Below, one piece after another: positions 35,973 to 46,293 of a stretch of 64,000 nucleotides of DNA. Both the position numbers and the translations under genes were made by a program. The DNA comes from Minutocellus sp. GHC0000111 (Eukaryota), in NCBI GenBank assembly GCA_977018835.1, contig OZ361257.1, positions 1,736,001 through 1,800,000 on the forward strand. The letters are read 5' to 3'. The notes beneath the pieces are model-generated. The model saw only the letters and a list, made by a program, of their open reading frames with translations. It had not been told where the DNA came from and searched no databases. Within the stretch, counting starts at the first letter, position 1. The number at the start of each line of letters is the position of its first letter.

Positions 35973-37907
35973 TCATCCCGGATCCGTTTTGAATGAGTAT
36001 CGCTTCTTGTCACTCACGCCATTACGAACGATGAGACGGTAATAATACCTCGTCCCCGGCTTTAGATCTGTCAATGATATCTCTCCCTTGAAACCATTTT
36101 TACTCCTGGTCCTGACGAAACCCGATTTCTTTCGATTTCTCCTTCTAAGCCGACGATTCGTGGCATATATTATTCGCACTTGAGCACTTCTCGAAGTAGC
36201 AAATGCAATGGTAGCGCTCGTTGGTGTGATGGAGCTCCAATTAGGCTCGTTCGTGATAATGGCAGGAACCTTTCGAGGTGGCACTGCACACTCGGTGAAA
36301 TCGAGGGAAGTATCGGGAGCAATCCGATTTGCATGGCATTGCATCGGAAAATTCTTGAGCTGTATTTGGTTCGTCGGAAGACATGTCTCCTGGTTGTCAT
36401 CTGGGTCGGTAATGTAGTTTTGTCCTCCGCCACACAGATTAAACAAACTATCGACATCGTTCGCAAGACCCTGCTGGCTGCCCCTCCCCCATGTTGTAGA
36501 TTGCCTTCGGTTTGGAGCTACGAGGGAGAGAAACTTGTAGCACCCACATCGTGCGGCACGATCTTGCTCTTGTTCAAAAAAGATGCAGCGATTGAGCCCC
36601 CAGTCCAATGCAAGAGCTGCATCCACTAAGGCTGACTTCCAGGAACGACCGTCTGTGGTGTAGGATGGAACAATGCCGGCAAAATTCAGCATGGTCACAC
36701 CAACATCAATGGTGCTCACGGGACCATCAAAGGTAGATCCTGCAGAAATAATGTCTGGATAGTGAATGAATTGAGGTATGCGAACGCCGCCCTCGTACAG
36801 CGTTCCCTTGGATTCCTGCCCGTGATCCTCTTGGAACAAAAATATGGTACTGTCGAGTACGCCGTTGTCTTCCAGCGCTTGCAGCAGAGCTCCGATGGCA
36901 TCATCCAACCAAATTGGGCCCAAGTCATCTTCCACGTTGTTGCTTCGCTCATAGATTGTATCGCGATATTCCTGGCACGACATGGTTTGGACACATTCTC
37001 CATTGGAAAACACATCTCACTCTCCTGTCATTCCAGGTATGCACGGTTCCTCCTGGCGTACGCCATCTGGAGTATCGCGACATGTGTATTCTGTCAAGGC
37101 AAAGTCGACCCCGTTGGCACCGTGAGGTACCGTCGGATTGAAGTACAGAAAGAATGGTTCGTCATTGCCTGCAGCCTCGTCGATGAACTGAATAGCGTCA
37201 TCGGTCACGCATTCCATGTTGTGTGAGAAGAGCCCATCCGAATACACGCCAATATCGTTCCCGGCATTCACATCGGCACCACCATCGGGCCGGTCCAAGT
37301 TTTCCACGTACAAACAACCGACGGTGTCAAAACCACATCCCCGAACTGTGTTCACGGCATTCTCATAGGTGTAGGTGACGTCGGTAAACGAGCTGAGATG
37401 CCACTTGCCCGCCATCATGGTCCGATACCCTGCACTTTGGAACTCTTGGGCAATGTTGTCCCGCGAACAATCGTTGCCATATCCCGCCACGTCCTCCAAC
37501 TTGGTACGGGGAATGGTCACGTCGGCCGGATTGCGATTGATTCGATCGGCAGCAGCGCGGGACGTGGCTGATCGACTGGCGTATCTGCTCGTCATGGTCG
37601 TGTACCGCGATGTGCCACACATGGACGCGGCGGCATAGGCGTTGGTCAATTGCAACCCGTTGCTGCGGAGACGTTCGATGTTGGGCAGACCAGCAGCCGG
37701 GAGTGGGTTGACGGTGGATTGACGGGCCGGCTCGTTCGGTGTGTTGGGCGGCGGTAACCACTCGTCAAAGAAGGGCAGGTCGTCCGGTTGCATTATGATG
37801 ATGTTCGGTCGATTGCTGGCGGCAGCGGCCAAAGAAGAACACAACAGACACGACAGAAGAATTGTAGCGACCAGCACATCTTGGTGCACAAGCTTTTGGG
37901 ATGACAT
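35973..37907 (-). CDS. Secreted formylglycine-type sulfatase with C-terminal FN3-like domain; in-frame TGA at 37017-37019
   Basis: Signal peptide; RPNIIIMQPDD, CGTSR, GKWHL, PFFLYFNPTVPH, EDHG, KGTLYEGGVRIP; C-terminal LTDLKPGTRYYYRL. Confidence 0.8.
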
Positions 37908-38612
37908 GTTGGAGGCAAGATGTTACTGTAGAAATGTTTCTCGGTTGTGAAGGCAAAGGACGTGGTCTGAATATATGGACGAGTCAATTCGACAAAGTAG
38001 CTAAATGTAATCGTGTTCTCTGCTCTTGTGGGGTGGGGAGCTATTCCATTCCTACTTTGGTTTTTGACACGAGTACTTCTCGGCGACCGCCTTGCCTCGA
38101 CCACTCGACTCCTCTCCGGTGGCGCGGATTCCAAAAAAGATATTGTCGGCGCCACGAGAGGATGCACCTTGGCGTCCTTTCCTCGGGTGCTTTGCTTCCT
38201 GGAATGGATCGAATCGATTCCGGCGAAGTTTTCAGCGGCGAGTTGGCGGTTCCGCCACAGGAATACAAAAACATTTGAATGCCTATTTACCATAGTATAA
38301 GTGTCCCTATTCTCTTATTGCACAGGCAACCTCATTTTTCAGCGGCAACAAGCAAGCCGGCGGCGGTATTCAGCACATGTTGGTACCAAGACGAACGGCG
38401 CGGGGGATATCACGCCACCACAACGCAAAGAAGCAAAGAGTTATTTATCAAAATATCTACATTGATAGATAAGCGAAGCCGTGCTTCAGCGCAGGGATCG
38501 AAGAAAACATCGTGTCGCGGGAAACAAGATAAACCAGCACTGTCTCCACTGCCAAGCCGTCTATAAATTTTGAAGAAACCAGGAGTATTTTAGCTACGTA
38601 GTATCGCAAAGT

Positions 38613-39992
38613 ATGAACGGTGGTTACGAGGTTGTCGACGCCGCCCATCACAGCGGTGGGAACGATGCGATCAAGACAGAGTGGAAGACGATCAGAACGA
38701 CTTTCAACAACTTTGCGTCCCTGCCGGCTTCGCGTGGAAAATTTGTCACCTCTCCCTCCCTGAACTGCCAGGGTCTAAGATGGAAAGTTCAGGTGTATCC
38801 TGGCGGATCTCTCAAGTCCAACGAGGCTGAAACCTTCGTGTCAATCTTTTTGCTTTGTGAATCGAAAGGTGTAAAGACCTCATTCAAAATTAGAGCTCCC
38901 TCAGCTCGAAGAACACTGATGGTGACGACAGAAGCAATCCCTCTCCATACAGGTCGGGGCTATGGTCATGATGATTGCATCAAGCGAGCGAACATTCTAA
39001 ACACATCAAATCTTTTCCTTATTAATGGCAGCTTGACATTTGATGTCGATATTCAATTTATCTTGGAAAGCTTTCCACGGAACACGTCTGCTGAAACTGC
39101 CGATGCTGGCTGGAAGCAAAAGCACGATGCGTTGGAGGAAAGAATCAAGAGGCGCGAGTTTGAACTGGTCAAGAGAGCCCCGAAAGCTCTCCAGGAGTAC
39201 AAAACGGAATGCTTAAATCGCGCGACGCCCCTTTCGCTTGATATGCTCAAGCTTCTGGGCACCGCGGGCGAATCAGCCTCTGATGTGACCTTCGAGGTAT
39301 CGAATGGCGCTGAGGAAAAGGTAACAACGACTTTCCACGCTCATCGCCTTATCCTATCGACTCGTTGCCCTACCCTTGCGCTGCTGGTAGAGGACTATGA
39401 TAATGGATCGCTTATTGCAATCAGCGATGTCGATCCCAATATGTTCCGTCTACTCCTTCGTTTCATATATGGTGGTGCAGTTCCATCCAGTGAGAATCTC
39501 AAGAAGGAAGCTAGGGATATCATTCGCGCTGCCGATCGTTTCGGTTGCACCGGGCTGAAGCATGCCGCGGAAGCCAAGCTTGCATCTACCGGGATCAAGA
39601 CGGAGAACACGGCAGAAATGATTCTTTTTGCAGACGCAACTAGCTGCGCTCTGCTCAAAGAAGCTGCCCTAGATTACTTTGTGGCCAATGCCGAGGCTGT
39701 CATGGCTACTGACGAATACGAGCAGCTGACGCAAGCACCGGCCATAATGAAAGAAATTATGGCTGCCTTGGCCGCCTCTACTACCTCGAGCAAGAAGCGT
39801 CCTGCGCAGGGTGGCGGTGGTAAGGATTACAAGCGCATGCGTGTCACCAAATTGCGCGAGAAGCTCGATGCCAAGGGCCTCGATACTGACGGCTCCAAGG
39901 ATATGCTGGTCAATCGTCTTCAGACTGCCGAAACTGAGAATGATGCCGCCGAAGCATTGTCTCAGATCCACCGTTCCACCGTTACTCCCTAA
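38613..39992 (+). CDS. MATH-BTB-SAP protein, copy 3
   Basis: Same MATH, BTB and SAP motifs as 31250-32557. Confidence 0.88.
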   Translation: MNGGYEVVDAAHHSGGNDAIKTEWKTIRTTFNNFASLPASRGKFVTSPSLNCQGLRWKVQVYPGGSLKSNEAETFVSIFLLCESKGVKTSFKIRAPSARRTLMVTTEAIPLHTGRGYGHDDCIKRANILNTSNLFLINGSLTFDVDIQFILESFPRNTSAETADAGWKQKHDALEERIKRREFELVKRAPKALQEYKTECLNRATPLSLDMLKLLGTAGESASDVTFEVSNGAEEKVTTTFHAHRLILSTRCPTLALLVEDYDNGSLIAISDVDPNMFRLLLRFIYGGAVPSSENLKKEARDIIRAADRFGCTGLKHAAEAKLASTGIKTENTAEMILFADATSCALLKEAALDYFVANAEAVMATDEYEQLTQAPAIMKEIMAALAASTTSSKKRPAQGGGGKDYKRMRVTKLREKLDAKGLDTDGSKDMLVNRLQTAETENDAAEALSQIHRSTVTP

Positions 39993-40289
39993 GCTCCGCC
40001 TCAAAGGTTCTAGCTAGATCTTCACTGCATATCATTAGTCAAGGTCGAACCTTTGTGCTACGTAGAAAGTAGGAGTCGGAAGGGCGGTAGGTATCGTTGG
40101 CACTACGTTTCTTGCTAGCTAGTGGCATGGAGGACTCGGCTCGATGGTCCATCTCTTGGAAGGGATCACATCACATCATTTCATATTTTCATTCACACAT
40201 TCACACAATGTAACTAGCTAGGGGGCTCATTTATATGTACATGCAAGATCTATACATATGCATGCGCTATGACTGATGAGCCGCTTTGG

Positions 40290-41449
40290 TTACTCGCTCT
40301 CTTGCGCAACCTGAACAGATGATCCTCGGCAGCAAAGTAAGGCCAACAGTCCTCCACCTGATTTACCAGCACCTTCCGCACCCTTGTCGCTGTCCACAAG
40401 CCGATAACATTTGGTCGCTGTTAGATTGCACTTGGACAGGTACTCGTACGTCATACTTTGAACCCACTCGTAATGCAACATCGTCAGATCTTCCTCGCTT
40501 TCTACTTCCGGAATGTCGGGATCGATACAAGTCATATAAATGGTCCAGGACATATCGCCCTTCCCATGGCATTGTCCGAGGATCCACTTAGCGCCAGGAT
40601 TTTCCGCATTGCTCACGGGCATCTCGAAGACGTCTTTGTGTATGATAAAGTAGTACTTGTCTGCAGAATTACGACAGAGGGCCACGTACTTATCGTAAGT
40701 GATGGGGGTAATCTTGGGCGTGGATGGGAACTTGTAGTAATTTCCCTGACTTGGGACATATTCGTTACTCATGATGGTGAAATCAATGTATTCGTCATCC
40801 ACACCGTGATGTCTCAGCCCCTCTGAAATGAGTTTGAGATATCGTTCCTGAGCCGGTTGTTCCATCGGCGCATCCTTGCCAACATCCTTGCCCTCCATCA
40901 CAAACACGTTGGCTCGAATGGGCGTATCTGGAGCATTGTAGGCATAGACATCGACCGGTCGAACCTGGTCGTTACCGGCGTTCATCTTTTTGTAGTCCTC
41001 CCAAGATTGCTGGGAATCAAACTTCATCAGCACACCGTGCACCTCACATCCTGCACTCTGCACGACGTTGGCTACCCCCCCCCGACGGCAAAGGTGATGC
41101 GATATTCCGATAGGATGGCGGCCCGCTCTTCGCTTACTTGGACACCGCGTCGTTTGCGAACCACTGGATTAACGATGGGGCCAGTGCCAAAGTAGTAGAC
41201 CCCTTCGTCCTCCTTTTGGTTGGTTTGGTCAACGCCGTTTTTCTGTTTGACATCGCTGTCGCCTGATGCTTGAAGCTGCTTCAACGCATCGGGCTGCAAG
41301 ACGACCGACCTTCTCTTTCGGTTGATCCTCTCCTCGCTCTCGGGTCCGGTGGAGATGGAGAAGGATGCGGCAGCAGCGGCATCGTCAGATTGAGCAGATG
41401 CTCCATCGTCGGTACAATTATCGGTGGGAGATGTCATCTGGACGGACAC
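40290..41449 (-). CDS. Gamma-glutamylcyclotransferase-fold protein, copy 3 (frameshift at the C-run near 41076-41082)
   Basis: Near-identical protein to copy 2; the break lies in a homopolymer at the position of FAVGGIANIV. Confidence 0.7.
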
Positions 41450-41780
41450 TGATGGACTTCGATCTAGCTAGCTAGTAGGAACTGACTGTTTGCTCCGACG
41501 ATTTTATTATTGGCAGTGGCAGAGGTCCGCAACCATTGTCCTTGACAGTCAAGGCCAATGGTTGCGGACTTTGGTCCTCCTCTTGATCGTCGTCGTGTGC
41601 ATGAATGACTGGACTCGTTCGACCGTATCATCGAAGGGGCTTAATTATTGGCACATTGCAACATCATGTTGCAATGTGTCGTTTCTGCGCTCTCGGCCAA
41701 GTCAAGATACTAGCTAGTACGGGCCGCAAGCCAAACGTTTCCCAGATTCAGCAGTCTTTAGCAGCTCCCTACCTTAGAGA

Positions 41781-42917
41781 ATGGACCGGCAAACCAGTGG
41801 AGCGCGGCGGCAGCAGCAGCCCCCGCCGCCTGCACATCAACGCCAAGCGCAAGCACGCCCCCACCAGCGACCTCAGCAGCATCCCCATCACCAGGCGCAG
41901 CCAGCCATGTCCGAACCCAAGGATGCCGCCCGAAGCGATGCCGCCCTCATCGCACCGAACGCCCACGCGGCGCGCTCTACCGACAACTTGAATGTGGTTT
42001 TGAACAATCAAATCAGCGGTGCTGCTGCTCCAACTACTGCAACTGCCACCGCCAGGCCAACCCGAGTGGTCGTGCCTCCGTCGGCCTCCGTCGGTGCCTC
42101 CACGATGGACGGTCCGTCCGCCGCGACCGAATCCCTCGTCGGCATCTCGTCGCTGGCCACCGAACGGATGCGCGACGGGTTGTGTCCCACGTGCGGGACG
42201 CGGCTGTACCGTCTCAAGAAGGAATCGAAAATGACCAAGATGGGCAACAAGCTCGATCGCATGTCGATCAACCCCTACAAGAAGAAGAATCGCGACGGTG
42301 GCACCGAGGGCGTGCCCGATCGGACTGCCGGGGGACGGGACCCACGCGTCGATCCGCAGACCAAGTTGATGCGCATACCGCTCACCATTGCCGGGGAGGT
42401 GCTCCGTGGTCAATGTCTGCGCTGCACCGGTGGGGAGAGGTATGCCAACGGCAACGTCTATACCGGTGAATATCGAGCCGGGAAGAGGACGGGACAGGGC
42501 CTATGCTACTTTGCCAATGGCGACTTGTACACCGGTGCCTGGAACAATGATCTGATCGAAGGGTTTGGCAGGTATCACTACAACACCGGTCGCGCATTCG
42601 AGGGCAACTTCAAGGCCGGGAAGCGCGAAGGGCGGGGCAAATTTCAGCTGCTAAATGGAATGGTCGACATCTATAGATATGTGGACGACAAGCGCGTCGG
42701 GGATGGAGTGCGCTGGTCGAAGGATCGGACCAAGGCGTGGAGGTTGGACTACAAGGGAAAGAAGAGGAACAAGGTGACGCTGGAGGAGGCCATGAGAATT
42801 GCCGATCGATGTGGACCTGTCGTGGATTACACTCTGCAACCTGGAGGAGGTGCTGCTGCCACTGCCTCTCCGATGAATCCAAACAACAATGGAGGAACTG
42901 GTGGAACGATGATGTAG
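41781..42917 (+). CDS. MORN-repeat protein with a CxxC...CxxC module
   Basis: YANGNVYTGEY, FANGDLYTGAW, YNTGRAFEGNF repeats; CPTCG...GQCLRC. Confidence 0.8.
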   Translation: MDRQTSGARRQQQPPPPAHQRQAQARPHQRPQQHPHHQAQPAMSEPKDAARSDAALIAPNAHAARSTDNLNVVLNNQISGAAAPTTATATARPTRVVVPPSASVGASTMDGPSAATESLVGISSLATERMRDGLCPTCGTRLYRLKKESKMTKMGNKLDRMSINPYKKKNRDGGTEGVPDRTAGGRDPRVDPQTKLMRIPLTIAGEVLRGQCLRCTGGERYANGNVYTGEYRAGKRTGQGLCYFANGDLYTGAWNNDLIEGFGRYHYNTGRAFEGNFKAGKREGRGKFQLLNGMVDIYRYVDDKRVGDGVRWSKDRTKAWRLDYKGKKRNKVTLEEAMRIADRCGPVVDYTLQPGGGAAATASPMNPNNNGGTGGTMM

Positions 42918-43492
42918 ATTTCTAGATTTAGATATCGTACCGTACACATGCATGTGTGAATAGAGGAAGGAGGGTCCTCTACTAGACTACGGTACATGTA
43001 GATTTTAGAACATGCATGTTTTGTATTCTCTTTTTGAATGCATGCTTGACCCATTGGCGTGATTGTCGCCGATATGTGTGTGTCGATATCTGGATCGCCA
43101 AGATCTGCTAAAACTAGACACTCTTATGCGATACCGGTGCCCTCCTATTGTCGATACATGTAAGATTAATTAACAGCTGGATGGACTGCCGTGGTATGGT
43201 AGCCGCAAGTCTGGGCACTTCCTAGCCCTCGGAAATATTCTGATCGCGTCGACCCAACACGTGTCACGAAAGATCTTCGGCCGCAATGCATCACATCTCG
43301 TGTTCTTCTTCATCGGCACTTGGCATTCTGATTGCAAAGCGCCAGCAATAGTCAAAGCAGAACGTTCTCGACCTCCCGAACTTTGAGATATCACATAATT
43401 GTCCAAAGTTATTTGCGGTCCATTCGCTTTTTCACCTTTTAATAATCTGTGTCGTGTCAATAAATATCACGTGGTAACACAAACAAACCATC

Positions 43493-44398
43493 ATGAGTCT
43501 CAATAAGGTTCTCGTCGGCGTCAAGCGTGTCGTCGACTACGCTGTCAAGATACGGGTATCACCAGACAAGTCCGGAGTTGATTTGTCAAACGTTAAAATG
43601 AGCATGAACCCCTTTTGTGAGATTGCCGTCGAGGAGGCCGTGAGACTCAAGGAGGCCAAGAAGGCAGACGAGGTCATCGCCGTCTCCATCGGACCGAAGC
43701 AGTGCACCGAAACCCTCCACACGGCCCTGGCCATGGGATGCGATCGGGCCATCCACGTGACTACCGATTTGCGCACGGACTATATGCAGCTCCAGCCGCT
43801 GGCGACTGCGCAGCTGTTCCAAAAGGTGGCCGAAGCCGAGCAGCCTGACCTGGTATTGATGGGCAAGCAGGGCATCGACTCCGATGCCGGGCAGACCGGT
43901 CCGATGCTGGCCGCCCTGTTGGGTTGGCCTCAGGCTACCTTTGCCGCCAAGGTGGAGCCCGATGGAGATGGTCTGGTTGTGGAGAGGGAGACCGATAGCG
44001 GCACGGAAACCATTAGCATCCCCGAGCTCCCGGCGGTTGTTACGTGCGACCTTCGGCTGAATGAACCAAGATATGCCACTCTGCCAAACATTATGAAGGT
44101 GCGCGCAATTTTTATTTGTGGTTGCCATATCAAGGGACCAAGGCCATGCATGTCCTTCCTTGAAACCCATTTCATCATCCTAACTCTTTGTCGATTTTTT
44201 GTGTCTATCTCCATACACGTACAGGCCAAGAAAAAGAAGGTGGATGTTATGGATGCAGCCGACATGGGAGTCGATCTCACGGCCAAGAACGAAGTGCTGG
44301 AGGTTTACGATCCCCCGCCCCGGAAAGAAGGCATTGTCGTGGAAAGCGTCGACGAGCTGGTAGACACATTGAAGAATGAAGCTGGTGTTATTCAGTAA
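43493..44398 (+). CDS. ETFB: Electron transfer flavoprotein beta subunit; intron 44099-44224
   Basis: [55 protein letters not shown]; removing the GT..AG intron restores IMKAKKK. Confidence 0.95.
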   Translation: MSLNKVLVGVKRVVDYAVKIRVSPDKSGVDLSNVKMSMNPFCEIAVEEAVRLKEAKKADEVIAVSIGPKQCTETLHTALAMGCDRAIHVTTDLRTDYMQLQPLATAQLFQKVAEAEQPDLVLMGKQGIDSDAGQTGPMLAALLGWPQATFAAKVEPDGDGLVVERETDSGTETISIPELPAVVTCDLRLNEPRYATLPNIMKVRAIFICGCHIKGPRPCMSFLETHFIILTLCRFFVSISIHVQAKKKKVDVMDAADMGVDLTAKNEVLEVYDPPPRKEGIVVESVDELVDTLKNEAGVIQ

Positions 44399-44720
44399 GA
44401 CGTGCGTTCGTGCAGGAGCGATGGTTGAGTGTGATCGCTTGAGAAGAAGTTTTCGAGTGAAACGCGGTCAAACCGAGAATTTTCCTATGAATGTAAACTG
44501 TATTCGAAGATATAAATGTGTTTGGAACGATGGTTACGACGGCAATATCCGAGGATGAAGAATTGCATGAAGGAAGAGTAGCTCTTTATTTCTATAACAT
44601 ATTTGACTTTAATGTGGATCTTAGAGTACATGCACATATTTCGGCTTTTTTGTTTCTTTGTTTTCTTTTTTTATTCTCGTGGTTTCGTTCAATTTCTAAT
44701 AATACACGTATATTGAGGCT

Positions 44721-45917
44721 CTAAAGGCTCCTTTGGTTCGGGTCGCTTCTCGGTCGGTATAGACCTCTACCTTGGCGAATCAGGGTGCGACTCTCGATGG
44801 ATCTCCTTGAACCGAGGGTCGAAGCAGAGTCAGTAGCAATGGCAGACGATTCTACAGATCGAAGGGACTGCTCGTTCGGGTTGGTTAAGCTAGAATGGTT
44901 GCTGATGGTGGCACTCGTTGATTCGTTTCCACCCTGTTCGTCCATCGTCGTAAGAGAGCTGTCCCGCCGTCTAGGATGATTGGGATTGGTTGGACTGCTG
45001 AGTAGAGAGCGGTCGGACTGCTCCAGCGTCGTAAGAGAGCTATCACGTTTTCTAGGTTGATTAGGGTTGGTTGGAGTCGTGAGCAGGGATTGGCTGGACT
45101 GTTCTAGCGTTGTAAGAGAGCTGTCCTGCCGTCTAGGTTGGTTGGGATTGGTTGGACTACTGAGCAAGGAGCTGTTGGATTGCTGTTCTTCCTCACTACT
45201 GCCAGATACATTGACATTTAGAAAAGATATCTCGATTCCATTCATCCCAGCACCGGGTTTGCGTCGCTGCTGGACATGTTCTAAGCTTCGTCTTGCAGAT
45301 GGCCTGGCTCTAACGTGAAGGTTGACGTAGGCGGCATCTTTGGCTGCTCGTGATATGGCCAAGTCCATTGATTTGGAAGAATTTACCATCGATGCTCTGG
45401 CTATCCGCTTCGGATCAAGTTTGTCGCGCTGTCGTTGACGATGCTGCTCTTCGAAAACAGCATAGCGGACATCAACTTTTCGGTTCTCTACGATCTGATC
45501 CGACTGTGATGTGTGCATCTTCTGAAGCCCTCGTACGCAAAGGTCGTCGTTGTCATTGAGGCAGGATGGTATGGACTGGCCATGTCTGATTTTCTTTCTG
45601 ATGGTGCGGACCGCCTTGAAAATGTGACCTTGGCTTGCTTTAGCGTCTGCTTCTGTTATCCAAGAATTTCGGTGCTCCTCCTCGGAGAAGTTCCGATGCG
45701 ACAAAATCTCCCAGCCTTGTACTTTATCGTAGAAGACAACTTGTGTACATGCTGAGCTGGACGATTCGGTGCTACTTTTGTTGTGCTGTCCTGCTTTCAC
45801 ATTGGACCGAGTCGTTGTCCTTTCGGCACTGCTTCCGCTACTGGAATTGTCCTTGGTGGACTCTTCAGAGTTTCGACGGCATGTTTCGAGCACTTTATCG
45901 TTGCGCGATGTTTTCAT
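44721..45917 (-). CDS. Uncharacterised diatom-type protein with a 27-aa tandem repeat
   Basis: 398-aa ORF; CVRGL..AVFEEQ..IARAS..A..RAAKDA pattern; three DSSLTTLEQS..SLL..PTNPNQPR units. Confidence 0.6.
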   Translation of the reverse strand: MKTSRNDKVLETCRRNSEESTKDNSSSGSSAERTTTRSNVKAGQHNKSSTESSSSACTQVVFYDKVQGWEILSHRNFSEEEHRNSWITEADAKASQGHIFKAVRTIRKKIRHGQSIPSCLNDNDDLCVRGLQKMHTSQSDQIVENRKVDVRYAVFEEQHRQRQRDKLDPKRIARASMVNSSKSMDLAISRAAKDAAYVNLHVRARPSARRSLEHVQQRRKPGAGMNGIEISFLNVNVSGSSEEEQQSNSSLLSSPTNPNQPRRQDSSLTTLEQSSQSLLTTPTNPNQPRKRDSSLTTLEQSDRSLLSSPTNPNHPRRRDSSLTTMDEQGGNESTSATISNHSSLTNPNEQSLRSVESSAIATDSASTLGSRRSIESRTLIRQGRGLYRPRSDPNQRSL

Positions 45918-46293
45918 TTGGAATGGCTACATCAAATTGCTAGGCACCACATACCAGCCTAATTCTTCATCTCGGAAGTGCCGTGGGTTTTATGAGAGTT
46001 GAGAGCATCATTCTTTGGCCTTGTGCTATGACACTGTGCTAAGCATTTTGTTATGAAACTACAAAATCTTTCTAAGCCTTTCATGAGGCTTATGGGGAAG
46101 GATGGATTGAATTCCGTTCGGATCTGAACATCGTCAACAGCCGCGCAGCGGCTCCATTACCACTTTCGTCCATAGCCGCGTGCTAAAACATTTTTGTGCT
46201 GAGCGCTGCGACGAAACATTTTCTAGGTCATGTGGAACCACGTTAGCAGGACAAAATTCTACGGGCCGGCGCGGCGTGCAGTACTCTAGGCTA

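Noticed and set aside
9953..37019. Selenocysteine at the in-frame TGAs of the TLC, BTB and sulfatase genes
   Set aside because: The positions are not catalytic Cys sites (the BTB TGA aligns with Arg), these are not known selenoprotein families, and no SECIS was seen; the TLC break may be compensating indels
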